49,842 nt of DNA. Source: Candidatus Kapaibacterium sp. (GTDB taxonomy: Bacteria; Bacteroidota; Ignavibacteria; Kapaibacteriales; NICIL-2). Location: contig JAEUSO010000001.1 of NCBI GenBank assembly GCA_016788605.1, positions 1 to 49,842 of the forward strand. The letters run 5' to 3'. The translations under genes were made by a program, and so were the position numbers. The notes under the pieces were generated by a model. That model had not been told where the DNA came from. It was given only the letters and a program-made list of their open reading frames with translations, and ran no database searches. This document shows, piece by piece, positions 25,131-34,158 of this stretch. How positions within the stretch are numbered: the stretch's first letter is position 1; each line of letters opens with the position of its first letter.

Positions 25131-25759
25131 ACTGCCCTCCCGATATATCCGCGTAATGCCATACGTCCTAACTGCCCCAAGTATCGTTTGCGTTGATAGA
25201 ATCCGTCGCCGTCGCGCTGATTGCCGGTTCCAGATGCGGTATTGCCCTCGTCGTTAATCACCCAAAGATTGTTGATTTTTCTACGAACGCGCCCAATGTG
25301 TCCACTTGCACTTCGTGAGAACTTCCATACAATCAAATCACCCTCCTGTACCTGTTGTTGCTTTGCCTTGCGCCCTGTATTCATCGCCCAGTTGTAAATG
25401 CCGTTTGCAAGTGCCGACCGGATGAATGTCATGGCAACACCGCATAGTTTTGATGCTTCTTGAAAGGTCCACACTATTACTGCCGCACACCACGGATTAC
25501 CCTCGCGCAGTCCTGTTGATTGCAAATACTGCGATACCATCCGTCCGTCGTTTTTCCCGGTTGCTTCGCGCACACCTGTTTGCTGTGCAGAGATGTCAAA
25601 CGAACGCGCCCACACGCAACTATCTATGCGTATTTCGTAACGTATCGGGGATGCAATACTCTTAGCGGAACAAAGCAGGATACACGGCAAGAACAATAAT
25701 CCCAACCATGATTGCAATCGCCTTGAATATCCCGACCAGAGATGTTGTGTCGCGCTCAT
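25127..25759 (-). CDS. CHAP/NlpC-P60-type peptidoglycan hydrolase with N-terminal signal/anchor (endolysin candidate)
   Basis: NPWCAAVIVWTF and SASGHIGRV...DEGNT motifs. Hydrophobic N terminus LGLLFLPCILLCSAKS. The start is uncertain: the ORF extends to 25795 from a TTG, and it overlaps the holin-like gene. Confidence 0.7.
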   Translation of the reverse strand: MSATQHLWSGYSRRLQSWLGLLFLPCILLCSAKSIASPIRYEIRIDSCVWARSFDISAQQTGVREATGKNDGRMVSQYLQSTGLREGNPWCAAVIVWTFQEASKLCGVAMTFIRSALANGIYNWAMNTGRKAKQQQVQEGDLIVWKFSRSASGHIGRVRRKINNLWVINDEGNTASGTGNQRDGDGFYQRKRYLGQLGRMALRGYIGRAV

Positions 25760-25946
25760 TGATGAAGTGAATACGTGTGAAACAATACTGTGCAAGTGTG
25801 GCGCAGAGAACAGCTACCACAGTGCCTACGATGCAGAACCCTGATACAATGAAAATGTACTTGATTGGTTCTTCGAGAATGCCAATGGCGAACAGCGCGG
25901 CAAGGGCTGCGGCTGTGGCTATTGCAATGCGAATCAATGTGTTCAT
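25662..25946 (-). CDS. three-TM small membrane protein (holin-like)
   Basis: 94 aa with three hydrophobic helices, immediately upstream of a hydrolase gene. Confidence 0.55.
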   Translation of the reverse strand: MNTLIRIAIATAAALAALFAIGILEEPIKYIFIVSGFCIVGTVVAVLCATLAQYCFTRIHFINERDTTSLVGIFKAIAIMVGIIVLAVYPALFR

Positions 25947-25958
25947 AGCATGTAGTGA

Positions 25959-26228
25959 TTATGCGTGTTGGATTTTCTGACGGATACCAAACAACACAAA
26001 GGAATTTGAATTGATGAAGTCAATTCGGTTCACGATGTCAAGCACCCATTCCGGCGCAGAGCCGTTGTAATAATTCGTATGATAGTTCTGTGTTTTAGCG
26101 GCAAGCATAGCGGCGGCACGTTGCAGTTCAGTCCGTACACGGTTGCAAATGTCCGGGTTGCTCCAATCAAGGCGATCAGCGTAGTTGATGAGCCAGTCCG
26201 GCACGTCGGTAGCAATGAGTTTAGTCAT
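25959..26228 (-). CDS. hypothetical protein
   Basis: 89 aa from the ATG at 26228, which is preceded by GGAGGAGG. The longer ORF extending to 26342 overlaps the upstream gene. Confidence 0.5.
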   Translation of the reverse strand: MTKLIATDVPDWLINYADRLDWSNPDICNRVRTELQRAAAMLAAKTQNYHTNYYNGSAPEWVLDIVNRIDFINSNSFVLFGIRQKIQHA

Positions 26229-27405
26229 ACAGACCTCCTCCAAAACCGTTTCTGCTGTGTCCGTTCGTGAATTGTACTGCTCCGGCAATTTCTGCATTGA
26301 CAAACTCGGTTTTTGAAATGCTTTCGGTTTCCTCATGTTCAATATCTGTCACGCGAGCCGGCATAGGCGGCGGCGTTCTTAGCGGTGGCAGTGTTTCAAC
26401 TTGATGGATGTTTGGCGATACTTTAATGGCGCCGGGTATATCAGCGGGCGGAGGTGATACAATGAAGCTCGGTCGTTTAACAGGCGCGGGCGCGTCGGCT
26501 ACTGTGTGTTGTGCCGTCGGCGCGGGCGGAATTGGTTGCGGCGGAATTGGTTGCGGACGTGGCGTAGTTGCCTGACCTCCTTGTTGCGCCTGACCATGAA
26601 GTGCTATATCTTTCACACCGTTAATCACGTTCATCAAATCGCCAATAGTGCTTTGCCAACTGCTTCCTGATGATGCTTGTTGCTCGTACTCCCTCGCTAA
26701 TTCTTTCTTTATAGAAATACGGTCGTTCAGGCGTTGTTGTTCGTAGAGATTCTTGTGCTTCGTTTGCTCATGTAGAACCTTATACATGTTCCTTGCGGCG
26801 ATTGCCTCTTCGTTCGCCTTAAAGTATTTTTTTGTCACTATCTCAACCTCTTTCCGCTCGCGCACTATGATTGCATTCAATGCCTCGATTTGTGCGTCGT
26901 AGGTGTTGCGAAGTTCGATGATTGCGTTCTCGTGCATCTGTTGGAAGTTTGCAATAGAATCTTTGTTCATTTGCTTTAGTTCCGCTATCTGCTGCTCCAA
27001 GAACTCATTTTTTTCTTGTGCTTGGTTGTAACGGTACTGCCACACGTCGCCGCCGTGCGCCTGTTGCACTGGAGCATCGCTCAATCCGCCTTGATAACTA
27101 ATCAACGCAGAAGGATTTTGATACGGCATGGTTTCGGATCGTTGGAACATACCAACGTATGTTTTCGTACCATCCTTTTCAACTTTATACGCCCAATACA
27201 TTTTATTGGGTTTCAGTTGTATTTGATATGGTAGTGGTTTGTTTGCCATATCGTGCAGTGACTGGATGTTTGCAAGCTGTAGTTGCTCGCCTGTGGCGGT
27301 CATAACCGCATTCTTAAACACAGGTCGCAGTGTATCGTCGGATTGGTTTAAGTTCGGTTCGCCGAAGAGGTATTGCTCCTTCTTCTTTAGCCGGTAATTA
27401 CTCAT
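26221..27405 (-). CDS. coiled-coil / proline-rich late protein
   Basis: 394 aa from the ATG at 27405. It has a long heptad-like central region and PRPQPIPPQPIPPAPT. Confidence 0.65.
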   Translation of the reverse strand: MSNYRLKKKEQYLFGEPNLNQSDDTLRPVFKNAVMTATGEQLQLANIQSLHDMANKPLPYQIQLKPNKMYWAYKVEKDGTKTYVGMFQRSETMPYQNPSALISYQGGLSDAPVQQAHGGDVWQYRYNQAQEKNEFLEQQIAELKQMNKDSIANFQQMHENAIIELRNTYDAQIEALNAIIVRERKEVEIVTKKYFKANEEAIAARNMYKVLHEQTKHKNLYEQQRLNDRISIKKELAREYEQQASSGSSWQSTIGDLMNVINGVKDIALHGQAQQGGQATTPRPQPIPPQPIPPAPTAQHTVADAPAPVKRPSFIVSPPPADIPGAIKVSPNIHQVETLPPLRTPPPMPARVTDIEHEETESISKTEFVNAEIAGAVQFTNGHSRNGFGGGLYD

Positions 27406-27406
27406 G

Positions 27407-27937
27407 TTACGCCCATTCTGTAAATGAATATGATTTGTTTTTCGTTGCCCGGTTGGATGCAACATTGGTTTCACCGATACTGCGGTCTAATGCCGCGTAG
27501 TCGGTGCTGTTGTAAAACGCAAACACACTGTTGGCATAGAGTTCACCATCAGTGAATTGTCGTTTCAGTTTAGGAAGGTATGACCCTTGGTTATACGCGT
27601 GTGCCACTTTGCGCCAATCGCCGTTGTATCGTTTGTACTGAAACATCATGTAGGTTTGAGCAAGCAAGACAGCGTGTTCGGCATCCCATATCCTGTTCAG
27701 GTCGCACTGTTTCAGACGAAGATGCTTTTGCTCGACCTCGCATTGGGTTTTACTCAGCATTTGCATCAGACCACGCGCAGAACTGCCCGGATTTTTTGCG
27801 TCAGTATCAAAAGGGCGATTCTCTTTTTGATTGATTGCAAACGAGACACGGGCAAGTTCTTCGGCAAGTTGAGGAGCAACCTTCCGTGCAACCCTGCGGT
27901 GTATCGTCCATGCCTGTTCACGTGTCAGTTTTGGCAT
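27407..27937 (-). CDS. lytic transglycosylase (SLT domain)
   Basis: QKENRPFD ... GSSARGLMQM ... AYNQG follows the family-1 SLT pattern. TAATG overlap with the upstream gene. Confidence 0.75.
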   Translation of the reverse strand: MPKLTREQAWTIHRRVARKVAPQLAEELARVSFAINQKENRPFDTDAKNPGSSARGLMQMLSKTQCEVEQKHLRLKQCDLNRIWDAEHAVLLAQTYMMFQYKRYNGDWRKVAHAYNQGSYLPKLKRQFTDGELYANSVFAFYNSTDYAALDRSIGETNVASNRATKNKSYSFTEWA

Positions 27938-28647
27938 TACTTCACTCCTATTAGTTCCATTTCGCAAATGAGGGGATATAGCACATACTTTATAGTCGCC
28001 GTGCTATCAATCACTTTCTGTGCGGTGAATGCAGTGACTTTAATCCAATCCGTTGAGTTATCCGGCACTTTACCAATGCTGATAGGTAATGGTAATTCAA
28101 GCTCGCACGGCAGATACATACCCACACTCAAATCCCCTTTGTGGAGTGTATCATAGTTGTTTGTTTCGTTACCACCTATCACCGTGTCCGCCCCTGCTTG
28201 AACAATCGGTCGGAAGAAGTTTGGATTCCATCCACCCGTCTCGCCATGGCGAAACCGTGATTGCACATAGCCGTCTGTCGCACTTGATAGCGATGTGTCA
28301 AACGCTGTCTTTACGTTTATATCGCTGCCATTGCCAATCCACGCATCATCAACCCTGAACCGCAACCGTGTAATGAACACTTCCCTGTACTGCGCCAGTG
28401 AGCGCATACGTCTGTTGCAGCGCAATCGTCCAAAGCTGCCGCTTCCGACAAGCGTATTCATTTGCGCCTGTGTTTTCGTGGTAGTGAATGCCTCGAAGTG
28501 AGTGAACATTCCTTCTACGTCGTCAGTAACATCGCCGTTTGTGATGTTGCCGGTTTGCGTTGTTGACGAGAATACAAGGTTGTGATACCCGAACTTCTTC
28601 AGATCCGGTTCGTTACAATGTTGTATGATTATATCTGCAATTGGCAT
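27937..28647 (-). CDS. beta-rich late protein (capsid-component candidate)
   Basis: 236 aa with no TM segments and strand-like alternation. It is part of a trio of small beta-rich proteins. Confidence 0.6.
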   Translation of the reverse strand: MPIADIIIQHCNEPDLKKFGYHNLVFSSTTQTGNITNGDVTDDVEGMFTHFEAFTTTKTQAQMNTLVGSGSFGRLRCNRRMRSLAQYREVFITRLRFRVDDAWIGNGSDINVKTAFDTSLSSATDGYVQSRFRHGETGGWNPNFFRPIVQAGADTVIGGNETNNYDTLHKGDLSVGMYLPCELELPLPISIGKVPDNSTDWIKVTAFTAQKVIDSTATIKYVLYPLICEMELIGVK

Positions 28648-28652
28648 GATGA

Positions 28653-29045
28653 TTAGATATAGCGACCTTGAAGTGCGACCGTCACTCTGACATTACCTAC
28701 CAGTTGCGGTGATATAGCTGCGTCGCGCTTGAATATGTATTTTATGTCGTCACCAGGTTGTACGACAATCCCTTTGAATGACTCTGATTCTAGAACTTGA
28801 CGCAATAGTTGCAGCGGTATGTAACCCGTTATATCACTGTTTACATCATCAACGATATTTACCTTTCCTATTGTAATCTGTGCAATGACTTCATCCTGAG
28901 CATCGGCAGCATCTTTTACCCCGTTGTCATCACTTATCAGAACAGAACCACTTTCAATTAAAAATGGATTATTGCCTGTTATAGTGATTGTTTCCGCCTG
29001 ACTTGCAACAGCACCTACCAATATCTTACGCAGTAGCTTTATCAT
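28653..29045 (-). CDS. beta-rich small late protein (capsid-component candidate)
   Basis: 130 aa, with 5-nt spacing to the next gene. Confidence 0.6.
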   Translation of the reverse strand: MIKLLRKILVGAVASQAETITITGNNPFLIESGSVLISDDNGVKDAADAQDEVIAQITIGKVNIVDDVNSDITGYIPLQLLRQVLESESFKGIVVQPGDDIKYIFKRDAAISPQLVGNVRVTVALQGRYI

Positions 29046-29063
29046 ATATGTGTCTATTTGATA

Positions 29064-29099
29064 TTAAGAAAAGCAGTGCCGCAGAGAGTGCGGCACTGC
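29064..29099 (-). terminator. intrinsic terminator / attenuator after the 217-aa gene
   Basis: Perfect 11-bp stem GCAGTGCCGCA/TGCGGCACTGC (29073..29099) with a 5-nt loop. It is followed on the minus strand by TTTTCTT. Confidence 0.65.
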
Positions 29100-29117
29100 A
29101 TAAACATTGTATAAAGA

Positions 29118-29771
29118 TTATACGTTAGCTACAACCTGTTGGCTTTGATACGCTATGAAAAATTTGATGTAAAAACAGCGACCGGTTGCCGAGACGTTTG
29201 TATGCGAACCAACAGGCAAGTGTGGGTTTGTTACCGCCGATGCGGGTGTGGTAAAGTCAAGACCCGTAGGCACTTCGACCTCTAAGTCAAAGTTTGCACC
29301 GCCGGGTACACCGATAGGTTCAGCAAATGCCGTATATGGCTTTTCCTTCTGCGTTATCACAATCAAATCGCCTTCAACCAGATATGTGACATTAACAGGC
29401 AGAAGTGTTTGCAACAGCATTGTGTAGACAGGTGTACCATTGACTTTAAAGTTGCATACAACATTCGTGAGGAATGATGCCAATGCTTCCTTCGTTGATC
29501 CTAATGCTTCCAATGCAGCAAATGCAACGAATGGTAGTGCCATGACAGCAAGGATATTACGCGGCTCGTTTGCCGGTGCAGGGAATTGAATATTTTGCAA
29601 CGCATCGGGTTTCTTTGTTTGCGATGATCCGAAAAGTTTTTGTGTTTTAGCGACCGATGCAGACGCATACACAACAGTGTCATAACCGAATTTCACGGTA
29701 TCACGTACCTGATTGGTAGTGTTAGCGGACATGAGCGCAAGATTTACTTGCATTGCTTCATTATTTGACAT
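29118..29771 (-). CDS. beta-rich late protein (major capsid candidate)
   Basis: 217 aa. It is flanked by the longest intergenic gaps in the late operon and followed by a strong hairpin, which fits a highly expressed structural gene. Confidence 0.6.
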   Translation of the reverse strand: MSNNEAMQVNLALMSANTTNQVRDTVKFGYDTVVYASASVAKTQKLFGSSQTKKPDALQNIQFPAPANEPRNILAVMALPFVAFAALEALGSTKEALASFLTNVVCNFKVNGTPVYTMLLQTLLPVNVTYLVEGDLIVITQKEKPYTAFAEPIGVPGGANFDLEVEVPTGLDFTTPASAVTNPHLPVGSHTNVSATGRCFYIKFFIAYQSQQVVANV

Positions 29772-29838
29772 ATGAGTAAATAGATAGTATGTGAATACAA
29801 TGTGATGCTACTCCATGTTCACGTACTTCTGTTTTACC

Positions 29839-30399
29839 TTACCACAGGGAGGACGAACTAAACTGCGTCGAAGCGTTCCGGTTAGCAAATGTTTGCCTTA
29901 CCTCTTGGTTAGCCGGTACCGTATTGCGAACTGCACCCATGCCATCATTTACCCCCGGCGAGATTGCCGTTGAACGAATGTCCTCCGGATTGTACATGAG
30001 TAAATCCGTACCGGGATACACAGCACCTATGTTGTCATTGATACCCTCGCTGAATGCTGCCGCCGCAGGAGGTGTTGTTGCTGTGGTGGAATCAGTTGTC
30101 CTTTCCGTCAGTGTGAAGAATTTCTTGTTAGTCATCTTTTCAAACTGCGGTTCAGCAAGTGTTAGTATGTGTGCTGCAAACGCACCTGTTGCACCATTTG
30201 ACAGACCGGGAATATCGAACGCCTTGCCGGCTACGTAGGGAACTGCAAAACCAAGCAGTCCTGCAAGCCATCCGTTCATGCCGAACAGCGACGGCAGTAC
30301 ACGATATACTACGCCGCCACCAACTGCATAGGCATTATCAATCAAAGCGTCCGCTTTGAAGCCCTTTGCAATGTTGGATTTGAAATTCAATGAAGCCAT
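29839..30399 (-). CDS. membrane protein with Gly-rich TM helices
   Basis: 186 aa. Hydrophobic stretch AVGGGVVYRVLPSLFGMNGWLAGLLGFAVPYVAG. The C-terminal part is Thr/Ala-rich. Confidence 0.6.
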   Translation of the reverse strand: MASLNFKSNIAKGFKADALIDNAYAVGGGVVYRVLPSLFGMNGWLAGLLGFAVPYVAGKAFDIPGLSNGATGAFAAHILTLAEPQFEKMTNKKFFTLTERTTDSTTATTPPAAAAFSEGINDNIGAVYPGTDLLMYNPEDIRSTAISPGVNDGMGAVRNTVPANQEVRQTFANRNASTQFSSSSLW

Positions 30400-30439
30400 T
30401 GTTTTGCTCCGTTAATTAAAAAATGTGTGAGTGAGATTT

Positions 30440-31096
30440 TTACTTATTAAGAAAATACACTACTGTTCCAACTGCCGCCGCAGTTGCAACAAGCGAGAGA
30501 ACAAATGTTGTTGTGCTGATACCATCATCGCAATCGCACGGCGCATCTGCATACACAACAGGAGGTGGAGCCGGATACGTTGTCGTGGTCGTAGTGGTTG
30601 TGTCGCCGCTTCCTGTATCCACAGCGTTAGCAAGCCCACGCACACGGTCTGCCATCGTCGGGTTTGATACAGGAGTACCGTTTTGGTCACATTCTATCTC
30701 GCTTGATTCACCCTTGCATGTCCGCACCTGCTTCACAACCGGCACTTGCGGGTCATCGGGTGATACGCGGTTTGGGGTAAGCCACCACCGTTCGCGGATG
30801 ATTTCTTCCTCGCAATCAGGCGGGCAATCTTCCGTGCATGGTGAGGCAGGAAGCATACCACCAAAAATTGGTGTAGCACCAAGACCGGAAAGGTTGCGTT
30901 GTTGAAACCGTACTTGCGGTTCTCGCAGCCATCTGTTTTTCACTTGTTCGGGTACGAGCTTGTCGCACTCCGCATTGCACTTGATATTGCCTTTGCAACG
31001 AGTATAACAATCGCGCCACTGGCTCTCCCACGATTGTTGCAGATGTTCGGCAGTCGTGGCGGTATCAGCACCGCGTTTTCCATAATCAATAAGCAT
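30440..31096 (-). CDS. cysteine-rich protein with poly-Thr tract and C-terminal TM
   Basis: 218 aa with many CxxxC-type pairs. RWWLTPNRVSPDDPQVPVVKQVRTC is related to the DNWYLRP module. It also has a TTTTTTTT tract and the TM helix FVLSLVATAAAVGTVVYFL. Confidence 0.6.
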   Translation of the reverse strand: MLIDYGKRGADTATTAEHLQQSWESQWRDCYTRCKGNIKCNAECDKLVPEQVKNRWLREPQVRFQQRNLSGLGATPIFGGMLPASPCTEDCPPDCEEEIIRERWWLTPNRVSPDDPQVPVVKQVRTCKGESSEIECDQNGTPVSNPTMADRVRGLANAVDTGSGDTTTTTTTTYPAPPPVVYADAPCDCDDGISTTTFVLSLVATAAAVGTVVYFLNK

Positions 31097-31132
31097 ACGT
31101 CACTCTTAGAAAATTTGAAATAGTAGTTGTTC

Positions 31133-31510
31133 TTACATACGTTCTGCGTACTTCGAGCCGCATCCGCTCAACGCAGCACCCTTGCATTTTCCACCGCAGT
31201 TACACGCAACCCGGTCATTGAGCGATGAACCGCATTTGCATCCGCGAACGCGGTCATTCAATGCTTCATCAGGGCAGCGCGGGCGCACTTGTGTAGCTGT
31301 GTCACGGCAGACGTACCGGCGGCGAACAACAACGACTTGAACGTCATTCGGCGTTTGTTGCTGTGGTCGCAAATACCAGTTGTCGTTTTCGGATTGTGTT
31401 GTGCAGCAACACTTCTTGCCCTTTGGCGTTGATGTTGCTTGCAGTGTCGAGCCAAGTATTTGTCCTTGCCCTTGCAGGTTTGTTAAAGGTATGATAGGCA
31501 TTAGTTCCAC
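31133..31510 (-). CDS. small cysteine-rich protein with DNWYLRP module
   Basis: 125 aa. KGKKCCCTTQSENDNWYLRPQQQTPNDVQVVVVRRRYVC is paralogous to the C terminus of 15789..17417. Confidence 0.6.
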   Translation of the reverse strand: MELMPIIPLTNLQGQGQILGSTLQATSTPKGKKCCCTTQSENDNWYLRPQQQTPNDVQVVVVRRRYVCRDTATQVRPRCPDEALNDRVRGCKCGSSLNDRVACNCGGKCKGAALSGCGSKYAERM

Positions 31511-32166
31511 TCCGTATAGTTATATGGAGCGCATTTGCTTGTATCAACGCAGATGCGCTTTTCTTTGATTACTTCTTTTGTTCGAGTTACCACCGTCGGC
31601 TTTTCCAAAATCCGTGTACGCTCAACAACGGTATTCGTTCGTGGTGCGCGAACAACAACCAATCGAGCAGGTCGGCGGCGCACAACCGTTTGCCGGACGG
31701 CAACTGCGCTGTTTTGCTGTTGTGGAGCAAGTGGCTGATGCACAGGCATTTGCACAGGTGCGGGATTCTCGGATGTGTTCGAGGATGTGTTCCGGCTGTT
31801 TGTATCCTGCGAGTTTGTGATATTGATATTGATAGGACGCTCTGCGGGTACTGCTTGCGGTTGTGCGTTTTGCATGATGGCTTGCGGTTGGTTATCGGAT
31901 TGCTGTAACGATGATTGCAGCATTCGCAGCATGAGCGCAGTCGTCAAGTCAGTTCCGGCGTTTGTTGATGCAACCGGCGCGGGCTGTTGTATGTACTGCA
32001 CAGATGGTTGAACAATCGCGGGCGGCTGAACATACTGCACAACAGGTTGCACAACGGGTTGTATCATCGGTAGATACGGTTGCTGTGCATAGCACGGCTG
32101 TTGTGTAGCGCACGGACGGCGTTCTACGCTTAGTTGTTTCGGGCAGCAGTTCACAACAGGAGGCAT
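31501..32166 (-). CDS. Gln/Pro/Val-rich low-complexity protein
   Basis: 221 aa. QPVVQPVVQYVQPPAIVQPSVQYIQQPAPV, with Cys-containing termini. Confidence 0.55.
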   Translation of the reverse strand: MPPVVNCCPKQLSVERRPCATQQPCYAQQPYLPMIQPVVQPVVQYVQPPAIVQPSVQYIQQPAPVASTNAGTDLTTALMLRMLQSSLQQSDNQPQAIMQNAQPQAVPAERPININITNSQDTNSRNTSSNTSENPAPVQMPVHQPLAPQQQNSAVAVRQTVVRRRPARLVVVRAPRTNTVVERTRILEKPTVVTRTKEVIKEKRICVDTSKCAPYNYTEWN

Positions 32167-33629
32167 TAGCGATACTCCGAATATTTATAGACGGATCGCG
32201 CACTATCTATAATCACCTGCACACCAACATCCTCTGCAATGTCACGACCGAAAGCAAAACGTTTTTCAAGCGGCACATATATTGGCATGACAAAGTTTTT
32301 GCCTATGCTTGCAAGCTCATTTGCTTTCTGCTTCATGCTGTTCAGGAGCAATCCGTCGAATACTTCAGTACCGGTAGGTTGCCCTGCAAGCATATTCATA
32401 AATCCACGTCGGATTTCAGGACTGGTAATGTCGTTTGTTCCCGTTGCTATTGCATTCACGACCGAAGCCACGCCGGGGAGGACTGCGGGCAGGGTAGTAC
32501 CGTTCGAGCATGATGCGTATATCTGTTGCAGGTTGTCATTGAGTATGGATGTCCCTGCGTCAATAATGGAATCGCCAATCGTGTTTGTACGAAGATTGGC
32601 AGCAAGTTTGTTCACTGCATTTGCAGCAATCGAGTTTTGTATCGTGCTTATGGTAGGTACATAGTCATTGGCATATTGCAACACAATATCCGCATAGTTT
32701 CCTTTTTGAAGGTTACTGATGACACCACGAATGTTTTTATCAAGCGGAATGCCTAACGTGTCGGCAATCGCCGCATAGTCGCTACGTTGAATGTTTGTGA
32801 TGAGTGATTCCGCTTTGTTCATGTATGGGCGGTAATCAACCGGCACGATAGCCGAGGCAACTTGTATCAACGTATTTACTTGAACCTTCTCACCATTCAC
32901 GGCAGAGTTTGCGAGCGAGAACGCAGCTTGCGTCAGTTGCGGAGGTACGCCGATTAAGGCAAGTCCCGCTGATGCGGCGGCGGCTATGTATTGGTAGGTT
33001 GCATCCCACGCAGATTGAAACGTAATCGGCTCGCCGGAAAGAACTATCAGTATAGGTTTATCAAACTGTACGTTCAACGCTTGCAATGCACCGCAAAGAC
33101 CACGAACGGTGTTGTAATCGGGTAACGAGCGTCCTCCTATCTCAAAGCGTTTATTATCGCCTCCGCCCCAAGATGTTGCATCTCTGTCCTCGCCGCGAAA
33201 CGTATGCACCCCCTGTACCATCATTGAATTGTACTCGCCCATGCCGGGTCCCATGTGCCGTTCAAAATCGAACCGCTCCACATTTCGTAACATCCCCGAC
33301 TGCTCGATAATTTTGTATATCGGCTTTGATTCCATTACGATAATGTACTCATTGCCGTTATCATCGGTGAACACGCCGTAATAACTATGATGGGTCGCAC
33401 CCGGAACGCCTATTGCAGCACCGCGAATTTCATCCATAGTGATAGTATGAAACCCGAATTGAGCAAAGTTCATGTCATTCTCAAACCAACCGTCGGCAAT
33501 GTCGGCAGCGACACGAATATCTTGCAGTGCCTCAAAATGAGGAACAATAGATGAAGCGTTATGTTGAAAGTTAGACACGGTAAATTTTACTCCGTAGAAT
33601 TGGCGATACTTCATGTCCGAAACCATCAC
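32166..33629 (-). CDS. large late protein, unknown function
   Basis: 487 aa. The N-terminal half is beta-rich and the C-terminal half is Ala/Ile-rich and helical. The start is uncertain because it overlaps the upstream gene. Confidence 0.65.
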   Translation of the reverse strand: MMVSDMKYRQFYGVKFTVSNFQHNASSIVPHFEALQDIRVAADIADGWFENDMNFAQFGFHTITMDEIRGAAIGVPGATHHSYYGVFTDDNGNEYIIVMESKPIYKIIEQSGMLRNVERFDFERHMGPGMGEYNSMMVQGVHTFRGEDRDATSWGGGDNKRFEIGGRSLPDYNTVRGLCGALQALNVQFDKPILIVLSGEPITFQSAWDATYQYIAAAASAGLALIGVPPQLTQAAFSLANSAVNGEKVQVNTLIQVASAIVPVDYRPYMNKAESLITNIQRSDYAAIADTLGIPLDKNIRGVISNLQKGNYADIVLQYANDYVPTISTIQNSIAANAVNKLAANLRTNTIGDSIIDAGTSILNDNLQQIYASCSNGTTLPAVLPGVASVVNAIATGTNDITSPEIRRGFMNMLAGQPTGTEVFDGLLLNSMKQKANELASIGKNFVMPIYVPLEKRFAFGRDIAEDVGVQVIIDSARSVYKYSEYR

Positions 33630-34158
33630 GGCGGTTTGAACCGTCGTCCATCACACAATCAACCGGTATAACACCAACACGTGGAATCTCAACCATTGCG
33701 TACACATGGGTAAATGGATTGTTCGGCTGATTTTCAACTTTCCATGCCACGACGCGGAAGTACAGATTCTTGAATATACCCGTTGCAAGGCAGATCGTCA
33801 CATAGAGCAATGCCATGTCGTCACAATCGCCCTTGCGGTCAAACTTGATAATATGACGTGGTGCGCGGACGAACTCATCGTGACCGTCGCTTGTATAGGT
33901 TACATTCTTGACAACCCAGTCATAGATACTTTGGGCTGTTGCAAGCGGTTCGTAGTTCACTGATGATGCAATCTTGCGAGCAAGTGATATTACTATCTCG
34001 TCCAGATAATCGAGCCGTGCAAGCTCGCACATCAATCCTACCGTTGCATCAATTCCCGCATCACCTTTGGGTAATTCGCCGTAATCCCATTTACGCACAC
34101 CGTCGCTCACTTTTTGGAGAAGCGTCGGTACATTCGGATATGCAGGGATTCGGTTCAT
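33571..34158 (-). CDS. transglutaminase-like cysteine protease
   Basis: KGDCDDMALLYVTICLATGI (Cys), FTHVYAMVEI (His) and VIPVDCV (Asp), in transglutaminase-core order. Confidence 0.65.
   Translation of the reverse strand: MNRIPAYPNVPTLLQKVSDGVRKWDYGELPKGDAGIDATVGLMCELARLDYLDEIVISLARKIASSVNYEPLATAQSIYDWVVKNVTYTSDGHDEFVRAPRHIIKFDRKGDCDDMALLYVTICLATGIFKNLYFRVVAWKVENQPNNPFTHVYAMVEIPRVGVIPVDCVMDDGSNRRDGFGHEVSPILRSKIYRV

Noticed and set aside
24647-25257. ORFs 24647..25033 (-) and 24727..25257 (+) overlap the fibre gene.
   Set aside because: They are alternative-frame readings of the 60-bp repeats. The fibre frame carries the recognised fibre motifs.
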